From contig JACKFK010000005.1 in NCBI GenBank assembly GCA_020632515.1, forward strand, positions 93,327-157,326: a stretch of 64,000 bases of DNA, written 5' to 3'. The DNA is from Candidatus Omnitrophota bacterium. Its GTDB lineage: Bacteria; Omnitrophota; Gorgyraeia; Zapsychrales; Zapsychraceae. The notes under the pieces were generated by a model, which was not told the DNA's origin, did not search any database, and saw only the letters and a list, made by a program, of their open reading frames with translations. A program made the translations under genes and the position numbers. How positions within the stretch are numbered: position 1 is the stretch's first letter; every line of letters starts with the position of its first letter. Of the stretch, positions 39,393 through 49,295 are shown piece after piece.

Positions 39393-39974
39393 ATGGGTAA
39401 AGCATATTATTATTTTGCGACAAGTCTGCCGTATATTCAATTTGATGATAAACCTCCAATGACCTGTGAAGATTATTTAGGAGAATGCCAACGTTTGCTG
39501 CCTGATGTCGATTATAAATTTATGCGAACATTATTATCTGAAAAAATTTTAGATTATGTTTTTCTTCAAAAGTTATTAGTCGAAAATAAAGGAGAGGTTC
39601 GAATAGGAAACCAAGTGTACGATAAAGGTATTCGTTTTAATCGAAGTTTTCGTAATGAAGTTGCTTGGTTTCGAGCAGAACGCGCAGGCAAAGATCCTTC
39701 TTTTTATATAAGAGGAGAGCGTGATTCTAATCCAAAGGTACTTGAATTAATCCAACAATTAGATAAAATTTCTAATCCTTTAGACGCTGAGCGGATGATC
39801 GAGAAGTTTCGATGGGAATTTGTCGATGAATTATCTGTAGGGCATTATTTTGATATTGAATTTTTGACGACGTACGGATTTAAGTTGAAAATTTTAGAAC
39901 GTTTGGAGACATTTAAATCCGATAAAGGTAGAGAAGTTTTTGAAGAAATTAAGAAAATTAAGATCGAAGTTTAA
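39393..39974 (+). CDS. DUF2764-like protein occupying the second slot of the 7-gene V-ATPase operon
   Basis: 193 aa with no motif I can name. The call rests on position: Bacteroidota/Chlamydiota-type V-ATPase operons have the order E - DUF2764 - A - B - D - I - K. Confidence 0.45.
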   Translation: MGKAYYYFATSLPYIQFDDKPPMTCEDYLGECQRLLPDVDYKFMRTLLSEKILDYVFLQKLLVENKGEVRIGNQVYDKGIRFNRSFRNEVAWFRAERAGKDPSFYIRGERDSNPKVLELIQQLDKISNPLDAERMIEKFRWEFVDELSVGHYFDIEFLTTYGFKLKILERLETFKSDKGREVFEEIKKIKIEV

Positions 39975-40009
39975 GAAAATATAGTTCCCCTGAAAATTGA
40001 TTTTGCTAG

Positions 40010-41791
40010 ATGTTTTCAAAGCAAATTAAGAAAGGGATTATTAAGGAGCATAAAGTGAAAGAGAAATTACGTGAAGGAAAAGTTCGGGGTGTTAATGGCA
40101 ACATGGTTGCTGTTGAATTTAATGAAAAAGTTATGCAGAACGAAGTGGCGTATGTTGTTGTCGGAGAAGAAAAATTAAAAGCGGAAGTTATTCGGGTTAA
40201 AGGGAAGCGCGCAGATTTACAGGTTTTTGAAGATACAACAGGTATTGAAGTAGGGCATGACGTTGAATTTACAGACGAGCTTTTAAGTGTAAAATTAGGG
40301 CCAGGGCTTTTGGGGCAGATTTTTGACGGACTGCAAAATCCTTTGCCTCAATTAGCAGAACAGCACGGATTCTTTTTAAAACGAGGAGCATACCTGCAAC
40401 CTTTAGATATGACAAAAGAATGGGATTTTACCCCGACGGTTAATGAAGGGGATAAATTGCGGGCAGGAGATCCTATTGGTACTGTTCCTGAAAATATGTT
40501 TGAACATAAAATTATGATTCCTTTTGACTCGCAAGGGGAATTAGAAGTTACAAAAATTGTTAAAGCGGGAAAATATAATATTGAACAGTCTTTAGCGACG
40601 GTTAAAGATTCATTAGGTAAAAGTATCGATGTGAAGATGGTTCAGACCTGGCCTGTAAAAATTGCGATTAAAGCTTATGTTGAAAAACTTAAGCCGACAG
40701 AACCGTTAGTTACAAAGATTCGACTGATTGATACAGTATGTCCAGTTGCTATTGGAGGAACATTTTGTACGCCAGGGCCTTTTGGGGCGGGTAAAACGGT
40801 TTTACAGCATTTATTAAGTCGCCATGCTGAAGTAGATGTTGTAATTGTTGCAGCTTGTGGTGAGCGAGCTGGTGAAGTTGTTGAAATTTTGGAAGAGTTT
40901 CCTGAGTTAATCGATCCGAAAACAAATCGAAGTTTGATGGAGCGGACAATTATTATATGTAATACAAGTTCCATGCCGGTGGCGGCGCGGGAGTCAAGCG
41001 TTTACACGGCGGTAACATTGGCGGAGTATTATCGGCAGATGGGATTAAATGTTTTATTATTGGCAGATTCAACGTCACGATGGGCGCAGGCGATGCGGGA
41101 AATGTCTGGTCGACTTGAAGAAATTCCCGGAGAAGAAGCCTTTCCAGCATATTTGGAATCACGAATTTCTTCATTTTATGAAAGGGCAGGGTTGGTTCGC
41201 CTACGGGATGGAAAAATTGGATCAGTCACGATTGGCGGGGCGGTTAGTCCAGCTGGCGGGAATTTTGAGGAACCAGTGACACAGGCAACCCTTAAAGTTG
41301 TTGGTGGCTTTTTAGGATTGTCGGCGGCTCGAGCCAACGCGCGGAAATATCCATCGATTGATCCTTTAGAAAGTTGGAGCAAATACACCAGTTTTATTGA
41401 TGCAGACAAAATCAAAAATGCTGTGGCCACCTTACGAAAAAGTAATGGTGTGGGCCAGATGATGAAAGTTGTTGGCGAAGAAGGTACATCGACGGACGAG
41501 TTTATTACATTCTTAAAAGGAGAGTTTTTCGATGCCGTTTATCTTCAACAAAATGCTTTTGATAAGACCGATGAGTCTACACCAGCGCAGCGGCAAAGAC
41601 ATGTGTTTGGTCTAATTGATGAAATTTTACGACAAGATTTTTCTTTTGAAAGTAAAGACGCGGCCAGAAGATTTTTTCAGGAACTACGGCAGTCTTTTAT
41701 CACTTGGAATTCACTAGCGTTTGATTCGGAAGATTTTAAGAAAAGGGAAGATGAATTGCGCGCTAAGATTTCCAGTGTTTGCTCTGCTTAA
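40010..41791 (+). CDS. V/A-type ATPase catalytic subunit A
   Basis: Walker A GPFGAGKTV, Walker B LLLADS, with the non-homologous insert typical of A subunits. Confidence 0.95.
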   Translation: MFSKQIKKGIIKEHKVKEKLREGKVRGVNGNMVAVEFNEKVMQNEVAYVVVGEEKLKAEVIRVKGKRADLQVFEDTTGIEVGHDVEFTDELLSVKLGPGLLGQIFDGLQNPLPQLAEQHGFFLKRGAYLQPLDMTKEWDFTPTVNEGDKLRAGDPIGTVPENMFEHKIMIPFDSQGELEVTKIVKAGKYNIEQSLATVKDSLGKSIDVKMVQTWPVKIAIKAYVEKLKPTEPLVTKIRLIDTVCPVAIGGTFCTPGPFGAGKTVLQHLLSRHAEVDVVIVAACGERAGEVVEILEEFPELIDPKTNRSLMERTIIICNTSSMPVAARESSVYTAVTLAEYYRQMGLNVLLLADSTSRWAQAMREMSGRLEEIPGEEAFPAYLESRISSFYERAGLVRLRDGKIGSVTIGGAVSPAGGNFEEPVTQATLKVVGGFLGLSAARANARKYPSIDPLESWSKYTSFIDADKIKNAVATLRKSNGVGQMMKVVGEEGTSTDEFITFLKGEFFDAVYLQQNAFDKTDESTPAQRQRHVFGLIDEILRQDFSFESKDAARRFFQELRQSFITWNSLAFDSEDFKKREDELRAKISSVCSA

Positions 41792-41857
41792 AGTATCGCG
41801 TTTTATGCGGAGAAAATTCAAAATAATCCCTACATCATAATTATAAGGACTAGAAAA

Positions 41858-43162
41858 ATGCAAAAAGTTTACAGTCAAATTTTACAAATTTCAGGAGATG
41901 TTATTACTGTCGAGGCGAAAGGGATAACGTACAAAGAATTGGCCGAAGTTAAGACGCAGCGAGGAACATCGCTTGCTCAAGTTATTCAGCTTGATGGAGA
42001 GAAAGTATCTCTTCAGGTTCTTGCCGGAAGCCGGGGGGTGTCAACGGATGATAAAGTCCGTTTTTTAAAACATCCGATTCAGGTATCTTTTTCAGATAAT
42101 TTGTTGGGACGTATTTTTACGGGAAGTGGTGATCCTAGAGATAACGGGCCTCATTTAACGGATAATATGATCAGTATCGGCGGACCGTCTGTTAATCCTT
42201 CGAAACGAATTGTTCCTAAAAATATGATTCGTACCGGGATTCCGATGATTGATATTTTTAACTCTTTGGTTGAATCTCAGAAATTACCGATTTTTTCAAT
42301 CGCGGGTGAACCTTATAACGAATTATTAGCTCGGATTGCAATGCAGGCGGAGGTTGATTTAATTATCCTGGGCGGTATGGGATTAAAATATGATGATTTT
42401 ATTTTTTTCCGGGACACTTTAGAAAAACAAGGATCGTTATCTAAATCCGTGCTTTTTATTCATACAGCTTCTGACCCAACAGTGGAATGTTTGTTAGTTC
42501 CTGACATGTGCCTGGCTACAGCTGAACAATTTGCTTTGCAGGGTAAGAGAGTTCTTGTTCTATTGACGGATATGACAAATTTCTCTGACGCTCTAAAAGA
42601 AATTGCTATTACGATGGAACAGATTCCATCAAACCGAGGATATCCTGGAGATCTTTATAGTCAGTTGGCGGCGCGTTATGAAAAAGCAGTAGATTTTGAC
42701 GGCGCTGGGTCAATTACAATTCTTGCCGTTACGACCATGCCAGGAGATGATGTTACTCATCCGGTACCGGATAACACAGGGTATATTACGGAAGGGCAGT
42801 TTTATTTACGTGGCGGGCGAATTGAACCGTTTGGTAGTTTAAGCCGGCTTAAACAGCAAGTTAACGGCAGGACGCGTTCAGATCACCGTACTATTATGGA
42901 TCGGATGATTCAGTTATTTGCCGACTATCGGGAAACTTTAGAAAAGAGATCAATGGGATTTCAAATGAGTTCGTGGGACGACAAGCTTTTAAGCTATGGA
43001 CAAAAATTTGAAAGTGAACTAATGGATTTATCCGTAAATATTCCATTAGAAGAAGCTTTAGACAGAGGTTGGCGGATTTTGGCTGAATGCTTTGAACCTG
43101 CAGAGACAGGTATTAAAGAATCATTATTAGATGAGTATTGGCCGAAAGAATCAGTGAAATAA
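41858..43162 (+). CDS. V/A-type ATPase subunit B
   Basis: 434 aa non-catalytic nucleotide-binding subunit: ..[21 protein letters not shown].., [23 protein letters not shown]. Confidence 0.95.
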   Translation: MQKVYSQILQISGDVITVEAKGITYKELAEVKTQRGTSLAQVIQLDGEKVSLQVLAGSRGVSTDDKVRFLKHPIQVSFSDNLLGRIFTGSGDPRDNGPHLTDNMISIGGPSVNPSKRIVPKNMIRTGIPMIDIFNSLVESQKLPIFSIAGEPYNELLARIAMQAEVDLIILGGMGLKYDDFIFFRDTLEKQGSLSKSVLFIHTASDPTVECLLVPDMCLATAEQFALQGKRVLVLLTDMTNFSDALKEIAITMEQIPSNRGYPGDLYSQLAARYEKAVDFDGAGSITILAVTTMPGDDVTHPVPDNTGYITEGQFYLRGGRIEPFGSLSRLKQQVNGRTRSDHRTIMDRMIQLFADYRETLEKRSMGFQMSSWDDKLLSYGQKFESELMDLSVNIPLEEALDRGWRILAECFEPAETGIKESLLDEYWPKESVK

Positions 43163-43237
43163 TAATGTAAAACGTGTCATGTTGCTTGGGGTCTCTTTGA
43201 CCATGAGCTACAGGGCCCGAGAGATGATCAACGCAAA

Positions 43238-43855
43238 ATGGCTAAAATTAAATTAACAAAAGGGGAAATGAAGAAACAGCGGGATGCTTTAAAGCAGTTC
43301 CGTCGGTATCTTCCAACCTTGCAGTTAAAGAAACAACAATTACAGATGAAGATATTAGAAGCTCGCAAGGTTTTATCTGACCGTGAGCGGGTTATGAATG
43401 AAAACGCGCAAAGTATTGAGCAATGGTGCGGAGTTATGGGAGAGCAAGGCGTTGGTTTTGAAGAGTGGATCAAACCAAAGGAGATCATTACTGGCAAAAT
43501 GAATATTGCCGGAGCGAATGTTCCAGTATTTAAGGAAGTAATTTTTAATTTAGCTGAATACGATTATTATTCAACACCTTTTTGGGTAGATAAAGGGATT
43601 GAAATATTACGAATGTATATATCCAGTAAAGTCGAAGTGGAAATTGTCAAAAAACAAATTTCAATTTTACAAAAGGAATTACGAACAACGACGCAAAGAG
43701 TTAATCTTTTTGAGAAAATAAAAATTCCTGAATGTTTAGATAATATCCGTAAAATTGGTATTTATTTGGGCGACCAACAGGCAAATGCTGTTGGCGTGAG
43801 TAAAGTCGCGAAACGTAAGGTAGATGCCAAAAATTTGGAAACAGCCTTAGTGTAA
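43238..43855 (+). CDS. V/A-type ATPase subunit D
   Basis: 205 aa coiled-coil central-stalk protein (KLTKGEMKKQRDALKQFRRYLPTLQLKKQQL..). Confidence 0.88.
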   Translation: MAKIKLTKGEMKKQRDALKQFRRYLPTLQLKKQQLQMKILEARKVLSDRERVMNENAQSIEQWCGVMGEQGVGFEEWIKPKEIITGKMNIAGANVPVFKEVIFNLAEYDYYSTPFWVDKGIEILRMYISSKVEVEIVKKQISILQKELRTTTQRVNLFEKIKIPECLDNIRKIGIYLGDQQANAVGVSKVAKRKVDAKNLETALV

Positions 43856-43877
43856 TTTTGAGAAACGAAAGAAATAT

Positions 43878-45599
43878 ATGATTGTTTCAATGAAAAAAAT
43901 TCATGTGATTATACAAAAAAAAGACGAACTTTCGGCTATGGAAGAATTACGTCGGTTTGGGGCTGTTCATGTTGATCATCAAGATGAATTAAAAAATCGA
44001 GAAATCTTTGAGTTAAGAGAAGATATTACCATTTATAATCGGGTTCTTCATATTCTTAAATCAACAAAAGGAAGCTCTGCGCAAAAACAATCAGAGAATC
44101 TTGAGGCTCGCGCAAGTTTGATTTTGGATCGGTTGGCTAAATCAGACGAATTAAAGGAGACCATGGCTGCTCGAGCGAACTTGATTAAGCAGTGGGATTC
44201 TTGGGGAGATTTTGATCCAGCTGATATTGAATATTTAAAAGAAAAAGGTGTTTATATTTATTTATGTGAAATCCCCCATAATGATAAAAATCAAATTGTC
44301 AATGGGGCCGTTTTGCATGTGATTAGTGAAACAAAGAAGTCTAAACTTTGTGTTTTGATCTCGCGAGAAAAAATAGATCTTCCGTGGGAAGTTCTTAAAC
44401 CGCCGGCGGTAAGGTTAAAAGAAATGTTTGTTCTGCAGGATAAAGAAAAAGAAGAGTTGATGAACTTAGAACAAAAATTAAGGGAAAACTCACGGTATAT
44501 TGAACATTTTGAAAACGCGTTAATGGACGCTCAAGAAAAATTGAACTTTAGCGAAGTTGTTTCTGGTCTACGAAAAGAAAATCAACTGGTTGTTTTAAAA
44601 GGTTTTTGTCCCAAGGAACAATGTGAAGAACTCAAGAATTATACAAAAGATAATCAGTGGGGTGTTCTTATTGAAAATTTATCAGAGGAAGATGTTCCCC
44701 CGACGTTGTTAAAAAATCCTAAATGGCTTGATCCAATAAAACCAGTTTTTTCAATGATTAATGTTATGCCGGGATATAAAGAATTTGATATCAGTTTGTT
44801 TTTTCTGTTATTCTTTTCTTTGTTTGTAGGTATGTTAGTCGGAGATGCAGGATATGGTGTGGTAATTGCTTTTGGGGCGGCCATTGTTCATTTTAAAATG
44901 GCTAAAAAGATTAAAAGTTCTACAATTTTTCATTTGGTGTATTTATTATGTGGCTGCACTGTTTTGTGGGGAATATTAACAGGCGTATATTTTGGTCAAC
45001 AGTGGTTACCAAAAAATATTCAACCAGCGCTTCCTTGGTTGGCGGACATCAAGAATTTACAGATGTTATGTTTTCTTATCGGCGCGATTCATTTAAGTAT
45101 TGCGCATATTTGGCGAGGGATAAATAAATTACCTTCTTTGGCTATTTTATCCGACGTTGGCTGGCTGATGCTCGTTTGGGTGATGTATTGTTTAGCGAAT
45201 ATGTTAGTATTAGGCAATCCTTTATTACCAATCGCAAAATATTTACTGATGGCAGGCATTTCGTTTGTGGTTTTGTTTTCCAAACCAAATACAAATCCTT
45301 TAAAGGCTATTGGCCCGGGATTGGGAGATTTATTATTAAATATAATAAATACTTTTACGGATGTGGTTTCATATATAAGATTATATGCCGTCGGGTTGGC
45401 GACCGTTGCTGTCGCGGACGCGGCGAATTCAATGGGTATTTTCGGTGCGTTGCCTTTACATGCCTTAAATATTGTTTTAGCTGCAATGGCGATTTTAGTG
45501 CATGGATTAAGGCTGAATGTCTTGGAGTTTTCCGGACATTTAGGTATGGAATGGGCTGGTATAAAATACAACCCGTTTAAGAAAATTAAAGAAACATAA
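43878..45599 (+). CDS. V/A-type ATPase subunit I (a-subunit, stator/proton channel)
   Basis: 573 aa. Soluble coiled-coil N-terminal half and a polytopic C-terminal half containing SYIRLYAVGLA, the conserved Arg helix. Confidence 0.85.
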   Translation: MIVSMKKIHVIIQKKDELSAMEELRRFGAVHVDHQDELKNREIFELREDITIYNRVLHILKSTKGSSAQKQSENLEARASLILDRLAKSDELKETMAARANLIKQWDSWGDFDPADIEYLKEKGVYIYLCEIPHNDKNQIVNGAVLHVISETKKSKLCVLISREKIDLPWEVLKPPAVRLKEMFVLQDKEKEELMNLEQKLRENSRYIEHFENALMDAQEKLNFSEVVSGLRKENQLVVLKGFCPKEQCEELKNYTKDNQWGVLIENLSEEDVPPTLLKNPKWLDPIKPVFSMINVMPGYKEFDISLFFLLFFSLFVGMLVGDAGYGVVIAFGAAIVHFKMAKKIKSSTIFHLVYLLCGCTVLWGILTGVYFGQQWLPKNIQPALPWLADIKNLQMLCFLIGAIHLSIAHIWRGINKLPSLAILSDVGWLMLVWVMYCLANMLVLGNPLLPIAKYLLMAGISFVVLFSKPNTNPLKAIGPGLGDLLLNIINTFTDVVSYIRLYAVGLATVAVADAANSMGIFGALPLHALNIVLAAMAILVHGLRLNVLEFSGHLGMEWAGIKYNPFKKIKET

Positions 45600-45739
45600 T
45601 TGCTGCATTGGAATATAATCAACCGTTCATTTTCTATTGTTTTTATCTCGTAAAGTGTATCGAGAATATGTCACAAAAAATGAAGGTTGAATTTTGTTTC
45701 AATGTATGACAACTTTAAAAAACATAAAAGGAGAATGAT

Positions 45740-46198
45740 ATGGTGGAAGCAAGTGCATTAATGCAGTTTAAAGATTTGGGATTGGCCGCGGCATTATCTT
45801 TTGCGGCTATCGGTTCAGCTATGGGAACTGGGGCGGCTGGTATGGCTTCCGTCGGCGCTTGGAAAAAATGTTATGCGCAAAGTAAAGCAGCCCCTTTTAT
45901 GTTAATCGTTTTCGTCGGAGCCCCATTGTCACAGACAATTTATGGAATGATTTTAATGAATAAGATTGCAGAGGCAGCAATTAATGGTAGTTTTTTTTGG
46001 GGAATGGGAATTCTAGGCGGTATCGCTATGGGGTCTTCTGCTTTAATGCAAGGGAGAGCTGGGGCAGGTGCTGCCGACGCGTTAGCAGAAACAGGTAAAG
46101 GTTTTACCAATTATTTAATTGTTTTAGGGATTATTGAAACAGTTGCGCTTTTTGTGATGGTCTTTTTACTCGGTAAAATCGGAATGTTAGCCGGATAA
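45740..46198 (+). CDS. V/A-type ATPase proteolipid subunit K (4-TM c-subunit)
   Basis: 152 aa, Gly/Ala-rich, 4 TM helices, conserved carboxylate in IIETVALF. Also PLSQTIYG and LMQG. Confidence 0.88.
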   Translation: MVEASALMQFKDLGLAAALSFAAIGSAMGTGAAGMASVGAWKKCYAQSKAAPFMLIVFVGAPLSQTIYGMILMNKIAEAAINGSFFWGMGILGGIAMGSSALMQGRAGAGAADALAETGKGFTNYLIVLGIIETVALFVMVFLLGKIGMLAG

Positions 46199-46268
46199 AA
46201 TAGTTGCTTGCACAATAAAAAAACTCATACTATAATATTGCTTCTTTGAGATTGATTTTTAAGTTTTT

Positions 46269-46342
46269 GGGCGATTAGCTCAGCTGGTTAGAGCATCTGA
46301 CTTACATTCAGAAGGTCCAGGGTTCGACTCCTTGATCGCCCA
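46269..46342 (+). tRNA. tRNA-Val (anticodon TAC)
   Basis: Folded by hand. Acceptor GGGCGAT/ATCGCCC plus A. D-arm AGCTCAGCTGGTTAGAGC. Anticodon stem TCTGA/TCAGA with loop CTTACAT. T-loop GTTCGAC. Confidence 0.9.
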
Positions 46343-46404
46343 TTTTATTTTCTTCTTTACAAAAAGTTCTTTCGATATTACACTAACTTTTCAAAAATTT
46401 TTAA

Positions 46405-46479
46405 GGGCCCGTGGTGTAGTTTGGTTAACATATCTGACTGTCGATCAGAAGATCGCGAGTTCAAATCTCGTCGGGCCCG
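46405..46479 (+). tRNA. tRNA-Asp (anticodon GTC)
   Basis: Folded by hand. Acceptor GGGCCCG/CGGGCCC plus G. Anticodon stem TCTGA/TCAGA with loop CTGTCGA. T-loop GTTCAAA. Confidence 0.9.
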
Positions 46480-46486
46480 TAAATAT

Positions 46487-46517
46487 AAAAAGCCTCTCTT
46501 ATTAGAGAGGCTTTTTA
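46487..46517 (+). terminator. Bidirectional rho-independent terminator
   Basis: AAAA, then a perfect 9-bp stem AGCCTCTCT / AGAGAGGCT with a 4-nt loop, then TTTTT. It lies between the tRNA pair (+) and the convergent glycosyltransferase gene (-). Confidence 0.8.
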
Positions 46518-46587
46518 TATTTAAGGTATTCGTTTTCGAATTTTTATTTACCCGTTAATTCTTGTAGGATATTTATTAACTAAGAAA

Positions 46588-49086
46588 TCAATGTGTAGGA
46601 CGGAGGGTGTCAGGCTTGAAGCCAAACCCTCTTTTTTGTTTGAGTTTTTGAGAATTTACCCAGACTTTGTAACGGACGCGTAATTTTCGGGATAATCCGA
46701 AAAGGGACATTAGCGGGAGGGATAGCGTAATCCAGAGGAAGATTTTTAAAGAGTTTCTTCTTTTTGCTTTTTTAAGACATTTTATAAGTGCTCTAGCCGC
46801 GTAATCACTCCAAAGCTGCCTTAGGAAAGTGCTATCATTAAAATATTCAGCGATGTTGATAAGCGATTCAATAAGAAAATGAGCGCGGTAATGGGTAAGA
46901 TACTGTTTTTTTATTTCCTTATAATATTGGTTAGCAAGGTTTATTTCCCCAGCCTCCATATGATATTTTAGAGAAGCTAATTTTCCTTCAAAATTGGCAT
47001 AGAAATTATTAATCAAGTTGCAGCAAAAAATGGCAGAAATCCGATCTCTAACAACAGAGTTGTTGTTTTTGTGTCGGTATTCACCAGTGATTTCATGGAT
47101 ATGTTTAAATTTATAATATTTGGCGGCACGCAGCCAAAATTCCCAATCTTGTGACATGGTAAAATCTTCGTTAAATAATCCTACTTTTTCAAAAATGGAT
47201 TTTCGGTGGAGCATACTTACAGTAGTGATAAAAGGATCTCCAACCATACGGTCTTTATCGAAATCTTCATCCCATATATATAAATCACTAATATATTGAA
47301 ATTTACCATTTTCAATCAGACCATTAACAGCCAAGGTTGTAGAATAAACGAAGTCAACTTTAAATTTCTGTATGCTTGAAACCATGACTTGAAGGTGGTC
47401 GGGATAAAAGATGTCATCGTCATCGCAATACGCAATATAGGTTCCCCTAGCTTCTAGGATTCCACGATTTACAGCCGCAGTAACGCCAAGATTTTTAGGA
47501 AGTTTAATATACTTAATTTTTACGGAATTAATTTGACGAATAACTTTATCTAATTCATCAGAGCCCCCGTCGTTAACGATAATCAGTTCGAAATCAGTGT
47601 AGGTTTGTTGAAGAACGCTTTGGATGCTTGATTGAATTTCATCGGCGCGGTTATAGGTCGGCATAATGACAGAGACTGTGCAGAGGTTTTCTTTTAAAGG
47701 GTGAGGTAATTTATGATGAGCAAAAGGTTCTAAGGAAGACATTTTGTGAAATATGTCAGATTGTTGGTTGTTAAAGTATAACGATTGGCTATAACACATG
47801 AAGGCTAGTGAATGCTTTCCTTGGTTTTCATATAAATCACCTAATTTATTCAGGATTGGCCATTTTTCACGACTGTGATACCAGTTCAATTGTAAATACT
47901 TACATTGTTCTTGAATATCGGGATGCGGCTGTTCTTTATAGGCTTTAAAATATTGATAGACAATCGGAAGGTCATTGTATTTGCTGCATGCTAGTTTTTG
48001 TAGTTCGGTATACTTTTGCGCCTGATTGAGATTGTCTAAATTTTTTCGTTCATAAGAAGATTCATCTATTAAATTCTGGGAAACGATTGTTGCGGAAGAT
48101 GATTTGATTTTAGATTTGTTACGGATTTTAGAAATCTGTGAAGTTATTTTTGAAACGTAATATAAAGGATTTAACACATAACAGGGAGGCTGGGGATCTC
48201 TTAAATTTTTTTGGTGAGAGAAGTTGCGCAATTTACGGGATAAATTTGTTAGTAAAGATATATTCCCTGGAAGGGTAGATGTTTTGACTATAGAAATTTT
48301 TTTTAGCGAAGTTAATGCGTTGAAGGTTAAATCAAGTTGCTGAATTTCATCATCACTAAGCATCCATGAATGATAATGAAAATGAGTGAACATTTTTTTT
48401 GAAAAACTAGTTAAAGTTTTTATATGTTGCACAACTTTTAAAATATCCCCCTTATATTCATTCAAATCGCTAATCGAGGTTAAATCTTTAATATTATAAG
48501 AATTTCTTGCGCAAAGGACTTTAGTAAACCCGCATTTCGCCACAGCTTGCAGGCTTTTTCGATCTAAGCTGTTCCATGGAAAAACAAATACATCAATTGG
48601 TATCTGGAAGAGATTTTCTAGATATTTTTTGCCTTGAGAGATTTTTTCAACCATTTCAGCTTCACTTAGTCCGGAAAATTCGTTATAGCAACCAGATTTT
48701 GGGCTGTATTTTAACCATTTACGATCTATTCCTTGAAAGAAGTTTGTTTCGGTAATTTGGGTGTCTTCGCTGGGATGAAATACGTTTGTTTGATGGGTCC
48801 AACCATGCTGAGCAATTTCAATTAACCCTTTGGATAAATATTCCTTCATTAAGGCCATAATTTTGGGATTGGATTCAAGTAAATGAAAATGATTGCAAAG
48901 GTGATTATGCGGATCTTCAGTAACATTTGGGATAACACACATTACTTGAGGGATTTGATATTTTTCAAAAATTTCTAAAATTTGTCGTTCTTTGACTGGG
49001 TCGCTTAACGCGCAAATATCGTCATTACGAAAAAGTAGAGAAATCGATTTTTTCATGGATAAAGTATTCCTATGGAATTCGCACAA
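46588..49086 (-). CDS. Multidomain protein: polysaccharide-deacetylase-like N-domain, TPR-like linker, family-2 glycosyltransferase, C-terminal helical region
   Basis: 832 aa. N-terminus LLFRNDDICA...IAQHGWTHQ is deacetylase/DUF2334-like. The middle has VSVIMPTYNRADEI..QQTYTDFELIIVNDGGSD...YCDDDDIFYPDHL, a GT2 with a DxD motif. Confidence 0.8.
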   Translation of the reverse strand: MCEFHRNTLSMKKSISLLFRNDDICALSDPVKERQILEIFEKYQIPQVMCVIPNVTEDPHNHLCNHFHLLESNPKIMALMKEYLSKGLIEIAQHGWTHQTNVFHPSEDTQITETNFFQGIDRKWLKYSPKSGCYNEFSGLSEAEMVEKISQGKKYLENLFQIPIDVFVFPWNSLDRKSLQAVAKCGFTKVLCARNSYNIKDLTSISDLNEYKGDILKVVQHIKTLTSFSKKMFTHFHYHSWMLSDDEIQQLDLTFNALTSLKKISIVKTSTLPGNISLLTNLSRKLRNFSHQKNLRDPQPPCYVLNPLYYVSKITSQISKIRNKSKIKSSSATIVSQNLIDESSYERKNLDNLNQAQKYTELQKLACSKYNDLPIVYQYFKAYKEQPHPDIQEQCKYLQLNWYHSREKWPILNKLGDLYENQGKHSLAFMCYSQSLYFNNQQSDIFHKMSSLEPFAHHKLPHPLKENLCTVSVIMPTYNRADEIQSSIQSVLQQTYTDFELIIVNDGGSDELDKVIRQINSVKIKYIKLPKNLGVTAAVNRGILEARGTYIAYCDDDDIFYPDHLQVMVSSIQKFKVDFVYSTTLAVNGLIENGKFQYISDLYIWDEDFDKDRMVGDPFITTVSMLHRKSIFEKVGLFNEDFTMSQDWEFWLRAAKYYKFKHIHEITGEYRHKNNNSVVRDRISAIFCCNLINNFYANFEGKLASLKYHMEAGEINLANQYYKEIKKQYLTHYRAHFLIESLINIAEYFNDSTFLRQLWSDYAARALIKCLKKAKRRNSLKIFLWITLSLPLMSLFGLSRKLRVRYKVWVNSQKLKQKRGFGFKPDTLRPTH

Positions 49087-49295
49087 AGTGCGATGAAGTT
49101 ATAGTACGTTGTGAAATAAGCTTTGGTGAAGTCTTTAGGTAAAGATGGAATTAACGTTTTTTCTTTAACTCCTGGTAAAAAAGGGTTAAGGGGATAATTA
49201 ACGATAGATTAGCATAAAAAAAATTGAAATAGCAAGAAATTTTATTTTTTATTGGGAAAGGATTTTCAAAAAGAAGAGGCTTTTGGGGCTAGTTG

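Noticed and set aside
46269-46587. tRNA-Val/tRNA-Asp pair as an integration hotspot for the downstream glycosyltransferase genes.
   Set aside because: I found no integrase, no duplicated tRNA 3' segment and no direct repeats by eye. The only structured element is a normal bidirectional terminator.
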